Shown: positions 34,237-44,436, counted from the stretch's first letter. The stretch: DNA of 56,072 nt from Oscillospiraceae bacterium (GCA_015064525.1 SVSC01000001.1:1-56072); one strand, 5' to 3'. The notes: generated from the sequence alone by a model not told the origin. A program made the numbers and translations.

Positions 34237-36462
34237 ATGAACAAGATCAGAATTCTGTCCTTTCTTATGGTTGTGATTCTGGTTGCCGTTATGGCTGTTG
34301 GTTGCTTCAATAAGGATGAAAATCCCCAGAACACCACAGAGCCGAGCGGTAACAACACTCCTGTTGTATATCAGGATATCGACCTGAAGGACGCCATCAA
34401 GCGCACCGACTTTACTTCCGTTTATTCTAAGATCGGCGCAAACATCACCATCGCGGACGTAACCGAGACCCCCGACGGTCTTGCATACGTTACCGTTGAC
34501 GGCAAGAAGTATGACCTGGGTATGGACTTCTTGTCCATGGCTATGGTGTACAACACCAAGGTTCCCGAGGGCAGCACCAAGTACCAGACCGAAGAGGATG
34601 TTTACAACGAGTGGTGGAAGCTCTACATTCAGAGATGGAACTACCTCGCTCCCGAGGTTCCGCTGTACTCCAACCAGTACTTCGATCTCTACAACGCAAA
34701 GCTTCAGAACTTTGTAACCTCTCCTTACTGGGATCCCGCAGATGCGATCATCGCGGCTTCCGTTAAGGCAGGCGCTGCAAACTCCGTTATTCTGGGTAGC
34801 GCAACCGAGCTTTCCGGTGCGTTCCGCAGCTCCAGCTGGGGCAAGTCCTCTCCCGGATCCGCCGACCTGGATATCGAGAACCTGACCTCCGGTCACGCAA
34901 CCGTTCAAACCGATAAGAACGGCGCTATGATCTGGAACGAGTACGTGGTTAACGGCACTCCTACCTCCAAGGTAAATGAGGACGGCACTCTCACCTACAC
35001 CATTAAGATTAAGGAAGGCCTGAAGTTCAGCGATGGCTCCGCTGTTAAGGCAGAGAACTATATCGTTTCCCTTCTGGCGAACTCCACTCCCGTTGCTGCA
35101 GCAGCAGGCGGCTCCGATCGGGCAGGTATGCAGCTGATTGGCTTCGATGAGTTCAACAAGGGTACCTCCAAGTTCTTCAAGGGCGTTCAGCTGCTTGATG
35201 ACTACACCTTCGCGGTAACCTTCCTGGCTGACTACGCAGGCTACTACTATGCAATGTCCTACGCGAGCTTCAGCCCCGTTCCCATGGCGCTCTACACCGG
35301 TGACAACACCGTTACCATCACCAAGGACGCCAACAACTGCTGCGGCTTGAGCGACAACTTCTATGCGCAGGTTGAGAAGGACGGCACACAGGTTTATGTT
35401 CAGGCTGAGAAGATCGTTGCTAACCTGAAGTGGAACTCCAACCTGCCTTACTCCGGTCCTTATGTGGTTCACAATTACGATGCATCCACTCTGATCGCAA
35501 CCCTGAAGCTGAACCCCAACTATTCCGGTGACACCGCAAGAGGCAAGGCTTCCATTGAAACCATCACCTATATCAAGATCGAGTCCGAGACTCAGACCGA
35601 TAAGTTCAAGGCAGGCGAGGTTGACGTGCTGGCAGGTATCACCGGCGCCACCGAAACCGTTGCAGCTCTTGAGCTGGTTAAGAGCGATCCCACGAAGTAC
35701 GCTGAAACGCACTACGACCGCGCAGGCTACGGTAAGCTGGGCTTCCGCGCAGACTTCGGTCCCACCGGCTTCACCGCTGTTCGTCAGGCAATCATGTACA
35801 CCATCAACCGCAACCAGTTTGCTCAGGACTTCACCGGCGGCTATGGCTCTGTGGTTCACGGTCCCTACTACACCGGCTACTCTGCTTACAAGGCAGTTGA
35901 GAACACCATTAAGCTGAATGCTTACACCTACAGCAAGGACAGCGCAATTGAGGCTCTTGAAGAGGGCGGCTGGATCTACAACGTTGAGGGTAAGACCTTT
36001 GATGCTTCCAAGGATAAGGTTCGCTACAAGAAGCTGGCAGGCTATGAGCTGACCGAGGAGAACATTCAGTTCAAGTCCACCGACAGCAAGTACAAGACCG
36101 TAAAGATCGACGGTGAGTACTACATGCCTTTGGCAATCAACTGGTTCGGAACTCAGCCCAATGACGTGACCGACATGCTGATCGTTGCATGGCAGGAAAG
36201 CAAGACCGCAACCGAGGAGATCGGTATGTATATCACCTATACCTCCACCGACTTCACCACCGGTTTGTACGGTGAGCTTTCTTGGATTCCCGATTACGGC
36301 TTCGACGGCACTCCCAAGCTGAATGCCATCAACTTTGCAACCGGATTTACCAGCGCACTGTATGACTACTCTTGGAACTGGACCATTGATCCCGATATGT
36401 ACGACGATTATTCCGTTTGCTACGTGATGGATTCCGCTGATTTCTGGGCAGACTATCAGTAA
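34237..36462 (+). CDS. ABC transporter substrate-binding lipoprotein, family 5 (peptide/nickel/oligosaccharide type), unusually long at 741 aa
   Basis: ATG at 34237 after ggaggaa. Lipobox VMAVGC. Family-5-like core (e.g. KFSDGS.V.AENY, NPNYSGD, GGW). Confidence 0.85.
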   Translation: MNKIRILSFLMVVILVAVMAVGCFNKDENPQNTTEPSGNNTPVVYQDIDLKDAIKRTDFTSVYSKIGANITIADVTETPDGLAYVTVDGKKYDLGMDFLSMAMVYNTKVPEGSTKYQTEEDVYNEWWKLYIQRWNYLAPEVPLYSNQYFDLYNAKLQNFVTSPYWDPADAIIAASVKAGAANSVILGSATELSGAFRSSSWGKSSPGSADLDIENLTSGHATVQTDKNGAMIWNEYVVNGTPTSKVNEDGTLTYTIKIKEGLKFSDGSAVKAENYIVSLLANSTPVAAAAGGSDRAGMQLIGFDEFNKGTSKFFKGVQLLDDYTFAVTFLADYAGYYYAMSYASFSPVPMALYTGDNTVTITKDANNCCGLSDNFYAQVEKDGTQVYVQAEKIVANLKWNSNLPYSGPYVVHNYDASTLIATLKLNPNYSGDTARGKASIETITYIKIESETQTDKFKAGEVDVLAGITGATETVAALELVKSDPTKYAETHYDRAGYGKLGFRADFGPTGFTAVRQAIMYTINRNQFAQDFTGGYGSVVHGPYYTGYSAYKAVENTIKLNAYTYSKDSAIEALEEGGWIYNVEGKTFDASKDKVRYKKLAGYELTEENIQFKSTDSKYKTVKIDGEYYMPLAINWFGTQPNDVTDMLIVAWQESKTATEEIGMYITYTSTDFTTGLYGELSWIPDYGFDGTPKLNAINFATGFTSALYDYSWNWTIDPDMYDDYSVCYVMDSADFWADYQ

Positions 36463-36513
36463 GCTACCTTGGTCGGAGAGTGTTTGAATTGAATACTGTC
36501 TGACTGCTTGAAC

Positions 36514-36545
36514 GTAGGAGCGGCGTTGCAAAACGCCGTTCCTAC
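36514..36545 (+). other. Intercistronic stem-loop (GCAA tetraloop) between the binding-protein and permease genes
   Basis: 14-bp stem gtaggagcggcgtt / aacgccgttcctac (one G-U pair) with no T-tract. Consistent with mRNA stabilisation or partial attenuation, as is common after SBP genes. Confidence 0.5.
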
Positions 36546-36650
36546 TAAAGTGTTATAAAGGGGTCTCGTCAAGCCCGCTTTTTTTGCGTATTGACCCCTG
36601 TTGTTTTGAAATGAAAAATCAGCTATGCTGAAAAGCTTGGAGGAGAGCCT

Positions 36651-37685
36651 ATGGGCAAATATATCGTTAAGCGCATACTGTATATCCTCGTTGTGTTTCT
36701 GATCCTCTCGTTGATGATCTTTTTGATATACAATATGCTGCCCGTGGACAAGGCGATGGAAAAGGCGAGAGAGGAAGCCCAAAATCCCGCGAACCGAAAC
36801 AACCCGAATTTTAATATCGACGAGCGATATGCCTTTTGGCAGGAAAAGCTCGGCTTGAACGGTAATAAATTTGAGAGGTACCTGCGTTGGCTGGGTGTTT
36901 ATCCCTATGTCGACGGAACGTTCAACGGCTTGCTGCAGGGCAACCTGGGAGAATCGTTTAAGTACGCGCGTCCCGTATCAGAGGTTTTGGTGGAGCCTAT
37001 GAAAAACACCATTTTTATCAACATTTTCGCAACGATCCTCGCGTTGGGGATCACCATTCCGCTGGGTATTTTTTGCGCGGTGAAGCGAGGCAGCAAACGC
37101 GACCTTGCCGTGCAGGTTGGAACGGTTATTGGCTATAGCTTGCCAACGTTCATTATTGCAATCGTATTTATTTGGCTGTTTTCTGTAACGCTGGAGTGGT
37201 TCCCCGTTTCCGGTATGGCAACGGCGGGCAGCTTGGATTGGTCTCCCGCGAAGCAGTTCTGGGATAAAATGTATCACCTGTGTCTGCCTTTGATGGTTAT
37301 GACCTTCTGCTCTCTTGGCGGTATGACCCGCTATGTGAGAGCCTCCATGACCGAGGCGCTCTCGATGGATTGCATCCGCACCGCTCGCGCCAAGGGCTTG
37401 CGAGAAAAGACCGTGGTGTATTCTCACGCGTGGAAAAATGCGCTGATCCCCATTGTCACCCTTGTGATCGGTTGGTTTTTGGGAATCTTCAGCGGCTCGC
37501 TGATGATCGAGAATATCTTCTCCCTCAACGGCGTTGGAAAGGTATATTTCGATGCGCTGCAGAACAACGATAACGATATCGTTCTGGCGTTGCAGATGTT
37601 CTATATCTTTATTTCGTTGGCGGGAAATCTGCTCATCGACATTGCCTACGGATTTGTGGATCCTCGCGTGCGCGTGAATAAGTAA
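36651..37685 (+). CDS. ABC transporter permease, DppB/OppB type
   Basis: 344 aa. MGKYIVKRILY N-terminus typical of OppB/DppB. EAA-like region (MDCIRTARAKGL). Confidence 0.9.
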   Translation: MGKYIVKRILYILVVFLILSLMIFLIYNMLPVDKAMEKAREEAQNPANRNNPNFNIDERYAFWQEKLGLNGNKFERYLRWLGVYPYVDGTFNGLLQGNLGESFKYARPVSEVLVEPMKNTIFINIFATILALGITIPLGIFCAVKRGSKRDLAVQVGTVIGYSLPTFIIAIVFIWLFSVTLEWFPVSGMATAGSLDWSPAKQFWDKMYHLCLPLMVMTFCSLGGMTRYVRASMTEALSMDCIRTARAKGLREKTVVYSHAWKNALIPIVTLVIGWFLGIFSGSLMIENIFSLNGVGKVYFDALQNNDNDIVLALQMFYIFISLAGNLLIDIAYGFVDPRVRVNK

Positions 37686-37699
37686 GGGGGAAAAATGCC

Positions 37700-39658
37700 A
37701 TGAATGAACAAAATAAAAAGACCCCCTCAAAGGCAGGCGCAATCTTGCGCACGCCCTTCCGCTGGATTGGAAGAATGTTCTTTGGCGCCAGCAAGTCGAT
37801 GGCGAACGATCCCTTCGCCGTGGAGAAGCTGGAAAGCCCCTCCAAAATGGCGGTGAAGGAGTTTTTCCGCCGCAAGGTTGCGGTTGTGGCACTGGTTGTT
37901 CTGGTGGCGCTGTTCCTGTTCGTGTTTGTGGGCTCGCTCTTCATTCCCATGGATCTGAGCTACACCGATACGCTTCAGGCAAACATTCCCCCAAACTATT
38001 CCATGCGTCGGGTTCCCAAGGAGCTGAAGGACAACATTCGTGAGATCAACGGATTTTCCAATTTCACCGTTGGTGTGAGCCATGACAACACCCTCTATAT
38101 GTGGGGCCATACCAACAATGCTCTTTCCAATCAGGATTACGCCGCGTTCCCCGAGGAGATTCAGCCCGGCAAGGTGCTCACCGCCTCCGCAGGCTATAAC
38201 CATGTGATCGCCATTACCACCGACGGTAAGGTGGTTGGATGGGGAGACAACACCAGAGGACAGTACGGCACGGCAAATGAGGCGGATAACCTTTTGCAGA
38301 TGCCCGATCTCATCCTCAACGGAACCTTGGACCCCGCAAAGGTTCAGCAACTGGTTTGCGGCTATCAGGCAACCGCCCTGGTTTACGACGGTCAGCTCTA
38401 TATGTGGGGTAACTGCAATGCCCTCACCAACATGAAGCAGCTTCTTGCGGCAAGCGAGACCTACTGTCAGGAGAATAACACTCGCGTGGCAAAGGTGGTG
38501 CTTTCCAACTACTATGGCGTGGTGCTCTTTGAGAACGGCGCTATGACGGGAAGCAATATGCTCTTTAACCGAGAGTCCGCCATGTCCTCCACGGGCGAAA
38601 AGGTGAAGAATTTCACCACCTATATCTTTGATAAGAAGCTGGTTGACATTGCCGCCACCAACAACTGCTTTGCCTTCCTTCTGGAGAGCGGAGAGGTTCT
38701 GGTTGCGGGTGCTGCCGAGTTTGGCGAGCAGGATATTGCCCCCATTCCCGAGGGAGAAAAATACGTTTCTCTTGCGGGGGGAACCCGCCATTTCGTTGGT
38801 GTGACCGACGCGGGCAAGGCGTATGCGTGGGGTCATAACGATAAGGGTCAGGCAGAGATCAACGGTCAGGCGGCAACCACCGTTTACGCAGGTGCAAAGC
38901 AAACCTATTTGGTGAACGGTGAGGATGATCTCACCGAGTCCTTCGGCTTGAAGGGCTATCTGTTCGGAACCGATAACCGAGGCAGAGACACCTTCACCCG
39001 AATCGTTCACGGCGGCAAGATGACCATGACCATCGGCGCCGTTGCGGTGATCGTTTCCTCGATCATTGCCATCATCGTTGGATGTCTTTCGGGATATTTC
39101 GGCGGTTGGGTGGATATGCTGCTGATGCGTATCACCGAGATCTTCTCCGCCATCCCCTTCCTGCCCTTTGCCATGATGCTTTCCATGATCATTCGGTTTT
39201 ATCCCATCAGCGACACCATGAGAATTTTCATTATCATGATTATTCTCGGTCTGCTCAGCTGGACGGGTCTTGCGCGCATGATTCGCGGACAGGTGCTGGC
39301 AGAGAGAGAGAAGGAGTTCGTTATCGCGGCGCAGTCGATGGGTGTGAAGGAGCATCTGATTGCCTTTAAGCACATCCTGCCCAACGTAATCTCGGTAATT
39401 CTTGTGAGCATGACGCTGGACTTCGCGGGATGCTTGCTCACCGAGTCGTCGCTGTCCTACCTGGGCTTCGGCGTTCAGCAGCCTCAGCCTACCTGGGGTA
39501 ATATGCTCAACGGCGCAAACAACTCCATCGTCATTCAGAACTACTGGTGGCAATGGGTGTTCCCCTCGATCTTCCTGTCGCTGGCAACCATTAGCATCAA
39601 CGTGATCGGAGACACCCTGAGAGACGTTCTTGACCCCAAGAGCAGCAGAGAAAAATAA
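37700..39658 (+). CDS. ABC transporter permease, DppC/OppC type, with a ~330-aa RCC1-like beta-propeller inserted in the first extracytoplasmic loop
   Basis: 652 aa. TM1 is VAVVALVVLVALFLFVFVGSLFI, followed by seven blade-like units (YMWGH, GWGDNTRGQYG, YMWGN, AWGHNDKGQAE and others), then the canonical LFGTDNRGRD motif and the OppC core. Confidence 0.88.
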   Translation: MNEQNKKTPSKAGAILRTPFRWIGRMFFGASKSMANDPFAVEKLESPSKMAVKEFFRRKVAVVALVVLVALFLFVFVGSLFIPMDLSYTDTLQANIPPNYSMRRVPKELKDNIREINGFSNFTVGVSHDNTLYMWGHTNNALSNQDYAAFPEEIQPGKVLTASAGYNHVIAITTDGKVVGWGDNTRGQYGTANEADNLLQMPDLILNGTLDPAKVQQLVCGYQATALVYDGQLYMWGNCNALTNMKQLLAASETYCQENNTRVAKVVLSNYYGVVLFENGAMTGSNMLFNRESAMSSTGEKVKNFTTYIFDKKLVDIAATNNCFAFLLESGEVLVAGAAEFGEQDIAPIPEGEKYVSLAGGTRHFVGVTDAGKAYAWGHNDKGQAEINGQAATTVYAGAKQTYLVNGEDDLTESFGLKGYLFGTDNRGRDTFTRIVHGGKMTMTIGAVAVIVSSIIAIIVGCLSGYFGGWVDMLLMRITEIFSAIPFLPFAMMLSMIIRFYPISDTMRIFIIMIILGLLSWTGLARMIRGQVLAEREKEFVIAAQSMGVKEHLIAFKHILPNVISVILVSMTLDFAGCLLTESSLSYLGFGVQQPQPTWGNMLNGANNSIVIQNYWWQWVFPSIFLSLATISINVIGDTLRDVLDPKSSREK

Positions 39659-39682
39659 TAGGAAAGAAGGAGACAAACAACA

Positions 39683-40696
39683 ATGGCATTATTGGAAGTT
39701 AAGAACCTTCACACCTATTTCAAAACCAGAAAAGGCATTGTGAAGGCGGTCAATGACGTATCCTACACGCTGGAGCCGGGCAAGACCATTGGTATTGTTG
39801 GTGAATCGGGCTCCGGAAAATCGGTTTCGGCAATGAGCATTCTGCGCCTGCTGGACGATAACGGCTATATCGCCGAGGGAGAGATTCTGTTTGAGGGAAA
39901 GGAGCTGACCAAGCTCCCCATGAGCGAGATGTACAACATCCGCGGAAACGCCATTTCGGTGATCTTTCAGGAGCCCATGACCTCCCTCAACCCTGTGTTT
40001 ACCGTTGGTAAGCAGCTCAGCGAGCCCTTTATGATCCATCAGGGCATGAAAAAGAAGCAGGCGATGGAGCAAGCGCTGAAAATGCTCTACGACGTGCAGA
40101 TCCCCAACCCCGAGGCGGTGATCCGCCAGTATCCGCACCAGCTTTCGGGCGGTATGCGCCAGAGAGTGATGATTGCCATGGCGCTTGCCTGCAAGCCCAA
40201 GATTCTGATCGCGGATGAGCCCACAACGGCGCTGGACGTAACCATTCAGGCGCAGATCCTGAAATTGATGAACGACCTGCAAAAAGAGAAGGGAACCTCG
40301 ATCCTCTTTATCACCCATGACCTTGGCGTAATCAACGAGATGGCAGACGACGTGGTGGTGATGTACTGCGGTCAGGTGGTGGAAAAAGCCTCCGCCCGTA
40401 CCATCTTCACCAATACAAAAAAGAGCCATCCCTACACCGAGGGATTGATGTACTCAATCCCGAGAATCGACAATATCACCAAGAAGTTAGAGCCCATTCC
40501 CGGTGTGGTGCCGCATCCGTTGGCGCTGCCCAAGGGCTGTAAGTTCGCGCCCCGTTGCAAGTACTGCACGCAGAAATGCATGGAGGAGGAGCCTCCCCTG
40601 CAGGATGTTGGCAACGGTCAAATGGTGAGATGTTTTTATCCCGAAAAGGAGGAAAGATGCAGCGATGCCCACAAAGAAATTACTGTCAATCACTAA
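39683..40696 (+). CDS. ABC transporter ATP-binding protein, DppD/OppD type
   Basis: 337 aa. Walker A GESGSGKS, signature LSGGMRQR, Walker [13 protein letters not shown], and the C-terminal oligopeptide-type Cys motif ([10 protein letters not shown]). Confidence 0.92.
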   Translation: MALLEVKNLHTYFKTRKGIVKAVNDVSYTLEPGKTIGIVGESGSGKSVSAMSILRLLDDNGYIAEGEILFEGKELTKLPMSEMYNIRGNAISVIFQEPMTSLNPVFTVGKQLSEPFMIHQGMKKKQAMEQALKMLYDVQIPNPEAVIRQYPHQLSGGMRQRVMIAMALACKPKILIADEPTTALDVTIQAQILKLMNDLQKEKGTSILFITHDLGVINEMADDVVVMYCGQVVEKASARTIFTNTKKSHPYTEGLMYSIPRIDNITKKLEPIPGVVPHPLALPKGCKFAPRCKYCTQKCMEEEPPLQDVGNGQMVRCFYPEKEERCSDAHKEITVNH

Positions 40697-42284
40697 TCTG
40701 AAAAAGTATTTCCCCGTTGCAAAGTCCTCTATTTTCCAAAAGGAGCAGCTCTACGTCCGCGCAAACGAGGACATTACGCTGGATATCTACGAGGGCGAGA
40801 CCCTTGGCATCGTGGGAGAATCGGGATGCGGAAAATCCACTCTCGGCCGCGTGCTGCTGCAGCTTTATTCGCAAACCGCGGGCGCAACCGTTTACTACGG
40901 CAGAACGCTGGACGATATGACCCCCTCCTACGTGGAGGATACCCTCAAGCACTTTTTCGCTTATCGCAAAAAGTATTACAAGGCAGTTGCGAAGGTTGCC
41001 GAGCTGGAGAAAAAGATGGAAGCCGTGGGCGGCGAGGATCATGCGGACTTTTTTCTGCATCAAAATCTGAATCTTGCCCGTTGCGAGGAGCATTCCGCGC
41101 TGAATAACATTGTGAAAATCCTGGGCGGATTTTTCGCCGTTCCCGAAGATCATCGCGGCGTTGAGCTGCTTTTGGAGATCTATCGTCTCAACAGCAAGAA
41201 AAACCGCTTGGCAGAGATGGCGCGGGAGTTTACCGTGATCTGTTCTCACGTGGAGGAATTGGAGGCGGAGGGCTCCGCAAAGCCCGCCGATCTCAGAAAG
41301 AAGGCCTCTGCCGAGGAAAAGCTCAGGGGGGTTAACGCCCGTGTTGAGGAGCTGAACGCCGCTATTGCGGGTGTTCGGGAAAAGCTGGACGCTGTGAAGG
41401 CAGAGTATGCCAACAATGAGGAATTTCAAAAGTACGAGGCGATGCTGGATAACGGCATCGACCTGGCGCGTTTGAAGTATGCGGAAATGAGAATGCTCCG
41501 AAAAGAGCTGCAGATTATTTTCCAGGATCCCTATTCCAGTCTGAACCCCCGATTTACCATCGGTCAGATCATCGAAGAAGGATTGGTAACCCACAAATTC
41601 TTCAAGCACGGTTCCAACAAGCTGAGAGAATATATCACGGAAACCATGGAGGAATGCGGCCTGCAGGAGTATATGCTCTACCGCTATCCTCACCAGTTCT
41701 CGGGCGGTCAGCGTCAGAGAATTTCCATTGCCCGCGCGTTGGCGGTGAAGCCTCGCTTCATCGTTTGTGATGAGTGCGTGTCGGCGCTGGACGTTTCCAT
41801 TCAGTCACAGATCATCAATCTGCTGCAGGAGCTGAAGGAAAAGGAAAAGCTCACCTATATGTTCATTTCTCATGACCTTTCGGTGGTGCGGTACATTTCC
41901 GACCGTATTTGCGTAATGTATCTGGGCAATATCGTGGAGCTGGCAGATGCCAAAACGGTGTTTGAGGATCCCCGACATCCCTATACGGTTGCGCTGCTTT
42001 CCTCGATTCCCACAACCGATATGGCGAACCTGAACCGCCCTCGGATTCTTCTGGAGGGTAATATTCCCAGCCCCATCCGTCCGCCCTCGGGCTGTAAGTT
42101 CCACACGCGCTGCTATATGGCTTGCGAGAAGTGTAAGCGCGTGCCGCCTCCTCTGCAGGAGGTGGAGCCCGGACATTTTGTGGCTTGCCATTTCTCCGAG
42201 CGAAAGCTGGATGAGAATGGAAACTACCTGTTCGAGGTGAAAAGCACTGAGGAGCGGGTTCTCAGAGACGGCGCCGCGGAATGA
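40665..42284 (+). CDS. ABC transporter ATP-binding protein, DppF/OppF type, with a ~190-aa helical/coiled-coil-like insertion
   Basis: 539 aa. Walker A GESGCGKST, then an insert rich in heptad-like E/K/A/L sequence, then QIIFQDPYSSLNPR, FSGGQRQR, FIVCDECVSALD and CKFHTRC. Confidence 0.88.
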   Translation: MPTKKLLSITNLKKYFPVAKSSIFQKEQLYVRANEDITLDIYEGETLGIVGESGCGKSTLGRVLLQLYSQTAGATVYYGRTLDDMTPSYVEDTLKHFFAYRKKYYKAVAKVAELEKKMEAVGGEDHADFFLHQNLNLARCEEHSALNNIVKILGGFFAVPEDHRGVELLLEIYRLNSKKNRLAEMAREFTVICSHVEELEAEGSAKPADLRKKASAEEKLRGVNARVEELNAAIAGVREKLDAVKAEYANNEEFQKYEAMLDNGIDLARLKYAEMRMLRKELQIIFQDPYSSLNPRFTIGQIIEEGLVTHKFFKHGSNKLREYITETMEECGLQEYMLYRYPHQFSGGQRQRISIARALAVKPRFIVCDECVSALDVSIQSQIINLLQELKEKEKLTYMFISHDLSVVRYISDRICVMYLGNIVELADAKTVFEDPRHPYTVALLSSIPTTDMANLNRPRILLEGNIPSPIRPPSGCKFHTRCYMACEKCKRVPPPLQEVEPGHFVACHFSERKLDENGNYLFEVKSTEERVLRDGAAE

Positions 42285-42296
42285 TGGGAGGCTCCC

Positions 42297-42491
42297 ATGA
42301 TCTGGCGCAGGCTCAAAAAAAGCACTCCCGAGCAGGATCGGGAGCTTGACAGAAGAATGAACGAGGTGAAGCTGTCGCCCAAGGATGTGATCGCTCTGAT
42401 GGCATCGGCGTTCGTGATGATCGTGCTGCCTTGCCTTGCGGTTCTTTTAGGGCTTGCCCTCGTGGCAATGCTTCTGTTCGGATTGCTTTGA
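42297..42491 (+). CDS. Small membrane protein (hypothetical)
   Basis: 64 aa. RBS gggagg. Charged N-terminus followed by about 2 TM helices. It is the last ORF before the operon terminator. Confidence 0.5.
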   Translation: MIWRRLKKSTPEQDRELDRRMNEVKLSPKDVIALMASAFVMIVLPCLAVLLGLALVAMLLFGLL

Positions 42492-42499
42492 ATTTTACC

Positions 42500-42546
42500 A
42501 ACGGCGTGATCCTTCCAAGCGAAGGATCACGCCGTTTCCTTTTCGG
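42500..42546 (+). terminator. Rho-independent terminator of the ABC operon
   Basis: Perfect 16-bp stem aacggcgtgatccttc / gaaggatcacgccgtt, loop caagc, followed by tccttttc. Confidence 0.85.
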
Positions 42547-42624
42547 CTTGCAGGGCGGGGGATCGCTCCCATTTGCGTTTTGTCTTTTTTTTGTCACTGT
42601 CGGACAAAAACTTTTTGATAGCTC

Positions 42625-42653
42625 TTGATTTTTACCGAAAAAAACTGTATAAT
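42625..42653 (+). promoter_or_regulatory. Sigma-A type promoter of the ACT/UPF0210 pair
   Basis: TTGATT (42625..42630), 17-nt spacer, TATAAT (42648..42653). Confidence 0.6.
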
Positions 42654-42693
42654 ATAGATAGATTTCAGCAACGAATGAAAGGTAGGTTTCCTT

Positions 42694-42963
42694 ATGAAAG
42701 CAGTAATTACCGTAACAGGAAAGGACAGCGTTGGCATCATTGCCGACGTAGCAGGCATTTGCGCGCAAAAGGGAGCGAATATTCTGGATATTACCCAGAC
42801 CGTTCTCAGTGACTATTTCGCGATGATCATGCTCGCCTCCATCGACGAGCTTAAGATCGACTTCGCCGACTTCGTTGACACGCTCTCCGCGCTGGGACGC
42901 GCCCGCGGGCTGGATATTCACACCATGCACGAGGATATTTTTAACACCATGCATCATATTTGA
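42694..42963 (+). CDS. ACT domain protein (UPF0237 type)
   Basis: 89 aa. [19 protein letters not shown] is typical of the small ACT proteins that precede UPF0210 genes. Confidence 0.85.
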   Translation: MKAVITVTGKDSVGIIADVAGICAQKGANILDITQTVLSDYFAMIMLASIDELKIDFADFVDTLSALGRARGLDIHTMHEDIFNTMHHI

Positions 42964-42976
42964 GGGAGGAGCCGTC

Positions 42977-44335
42977 ATGATCAACACGCAGGACGTTTTG
43001 GAAACGATCCAAATGATCCGTGAGGAAAATCTGGATATTCGCACGGTTACCATGGGGATCTCCCTTTGGGATTGCGTGAGCGAGGACGTGAACCGCCTTT
43101 GCGACCGCATCTACGACAAGATCACGCACTCCGCAGAGCATCTTGTGCAAACAGGCTGCGAGATCGAAAAGAAATACGGAATTCCGATTGTGAACAAGCG
43201 GGTTTCGGTAACTCCCGTTTCGCTGATTGGCGGTGATTGCGGCCCCGATGGCTACATCAAGATCGCAAAAGCGCTCCAACGGGCGGCGGATGCGGTTGGA
43301 ATTAACTTTTTGGGGGGCTTTTCCGCATTGGTGCAGAAGGGGATGACCCGCGGCGCCGACGCGATGCTTTCGGCGCTTCCCGATGCGCTGGCGGAAACCA
43401 GAAACATCTGTTCCTCGGTGAATGTTGCAAGCACAAAGGCTGGCATCAATATGGATGCCGTATCCCGTATGGGCTCGATCATCAAGCGCGCGGCGTATCT
43501 CACGCGGGATGAGGATTCCATCGGCTGCGCCAAGCTGGTGGTGTTTGCCAACGTTCCGGAGGACAACCCCTTTATGGCAGGCGCCTTTTGCGGTGTGGGC
43601 GAGCCCGAAACCGTGATCAACGTTGGCGTCAGCGGCCCCGGCGTGGTTGTCTCTGCCATTCGTCGGGCGGGAGATTGCGACCTTTCCGAGCTTGCCGATA
43701 TTATCAAAAAGACTGCGTTCAAGATCACCCGCGTGGGTCAGCTGGTTGCCAGCGAGGCGGCGCGGAAGCTGGGCGTTCCCTTTGGAATCGTGGATCTTTC
43801 TCTGGCGCCTACCCCTGCCATCGGTGACTCCGTGGCGTATATTCTGGAGGAAATGGGACTGGAGTCCTGCGGCGCTCACGGCACAACCGCTTGCCTTGCC
43901 ATGCTCAACGACGCCGTGAAGAAGGGCGGCGTGATGGCGTCCTCCCACGTTGGCGGACTTTCGGGCGCATTTATCCCCGTCTCTGAGGACGCGGGCATGA
44001 TCGCCGCTGCCGAGAGAGGCGCCCTCACGCTGGAAAAGCTGGAAGCAATGACTGCGGTTTGCTCGGTGGGATTGGACATGATCGCGGTTCCCGGAGATAC
44101 CTCCGAGGAGGTGATCAGCGGCATCATTGCCGACGAAATCTCCATTGGTGTTGCGAACACCAAAACCACCGCGGTGCGTCTGATTCCCGCCTACGGCAAG
44201 CAGGCAGGTGACTCGGTGAACTTTGGGGGATTGCTTGGCAGAGCTCCCGTGATGCCTGTGAAGCCCTATTCGCCCGCTCGCTTTATTCGTCGCGGCGGAC
44301 GGATTCCCGCGCCGATCCACAGCTTGAAGAACTGA
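42977..44335 (+). CDS. UPF0210 (DUF711/PFL4705-like) family protein
   Basis: 452 aa from the ATG at 42977 (RBS gagggagga). The N-terminus [20 protein letters not shown] is typical of the family. The track start at 42875 overlaps the ACT gene. Confidence 0.88.
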   Translation: MINTQDVLETIQMIREENLDIRTVTMGISLWDCVSEDVNRLCDRIYDKITHSAEHLVQTGCEIEKKYGIPIVNKRVSVTPVSLIGGDCGPDGYIKIAKALQRAADAVGINFLGGFSALVQKGMTRGADAMLSALPDALAETRNICSSVNVASTKAGINMDAVSRMGSIIKRAAYLTRDEDSIGCAKLVVFANVPEDNPFMAGAFCGVGEPETVINVGVSGPGVVVSAIRRAGDCDLSELADIIKKTAFKITRVGQLVASEAARKLGVPFGIVDLSLAPTPAIGDSVAYILEEMGLESCGAHGTTACLAMLNDAVKKGGVMASSHVGGLSGAFIPVSEDAGMIAAAERGALTLEKLEAMTAVCSVGLDMIAVPGDTSEEVISGIIADEISIGVANTKTTAVRLIPAYGKQAGDSVNFGGLLGRAPVMPVKPYSPARFIRRGGRIPAPIHSLKN

Positions 44336-44352
44336 ATGTGAACGTGGGGCAG

Positions 44353-44436
44353 ATTGCCATGGAAGCGTTGGACGTTTGGAATCTTTCGAAAGAAAGCCTC
44401 CAAGCCTCCAAGCGCCTTCATGGCAATTTTTCTTTT
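44353..44436 (+). terminator. Probable terminator (long imperfect hairpin + T-tract)
   Basis: attgccatg...catggcaat outer stem enclosing an inner tctttc/gaaaga hairpin, followed by tttttcttttg. Confidence 0.45.
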
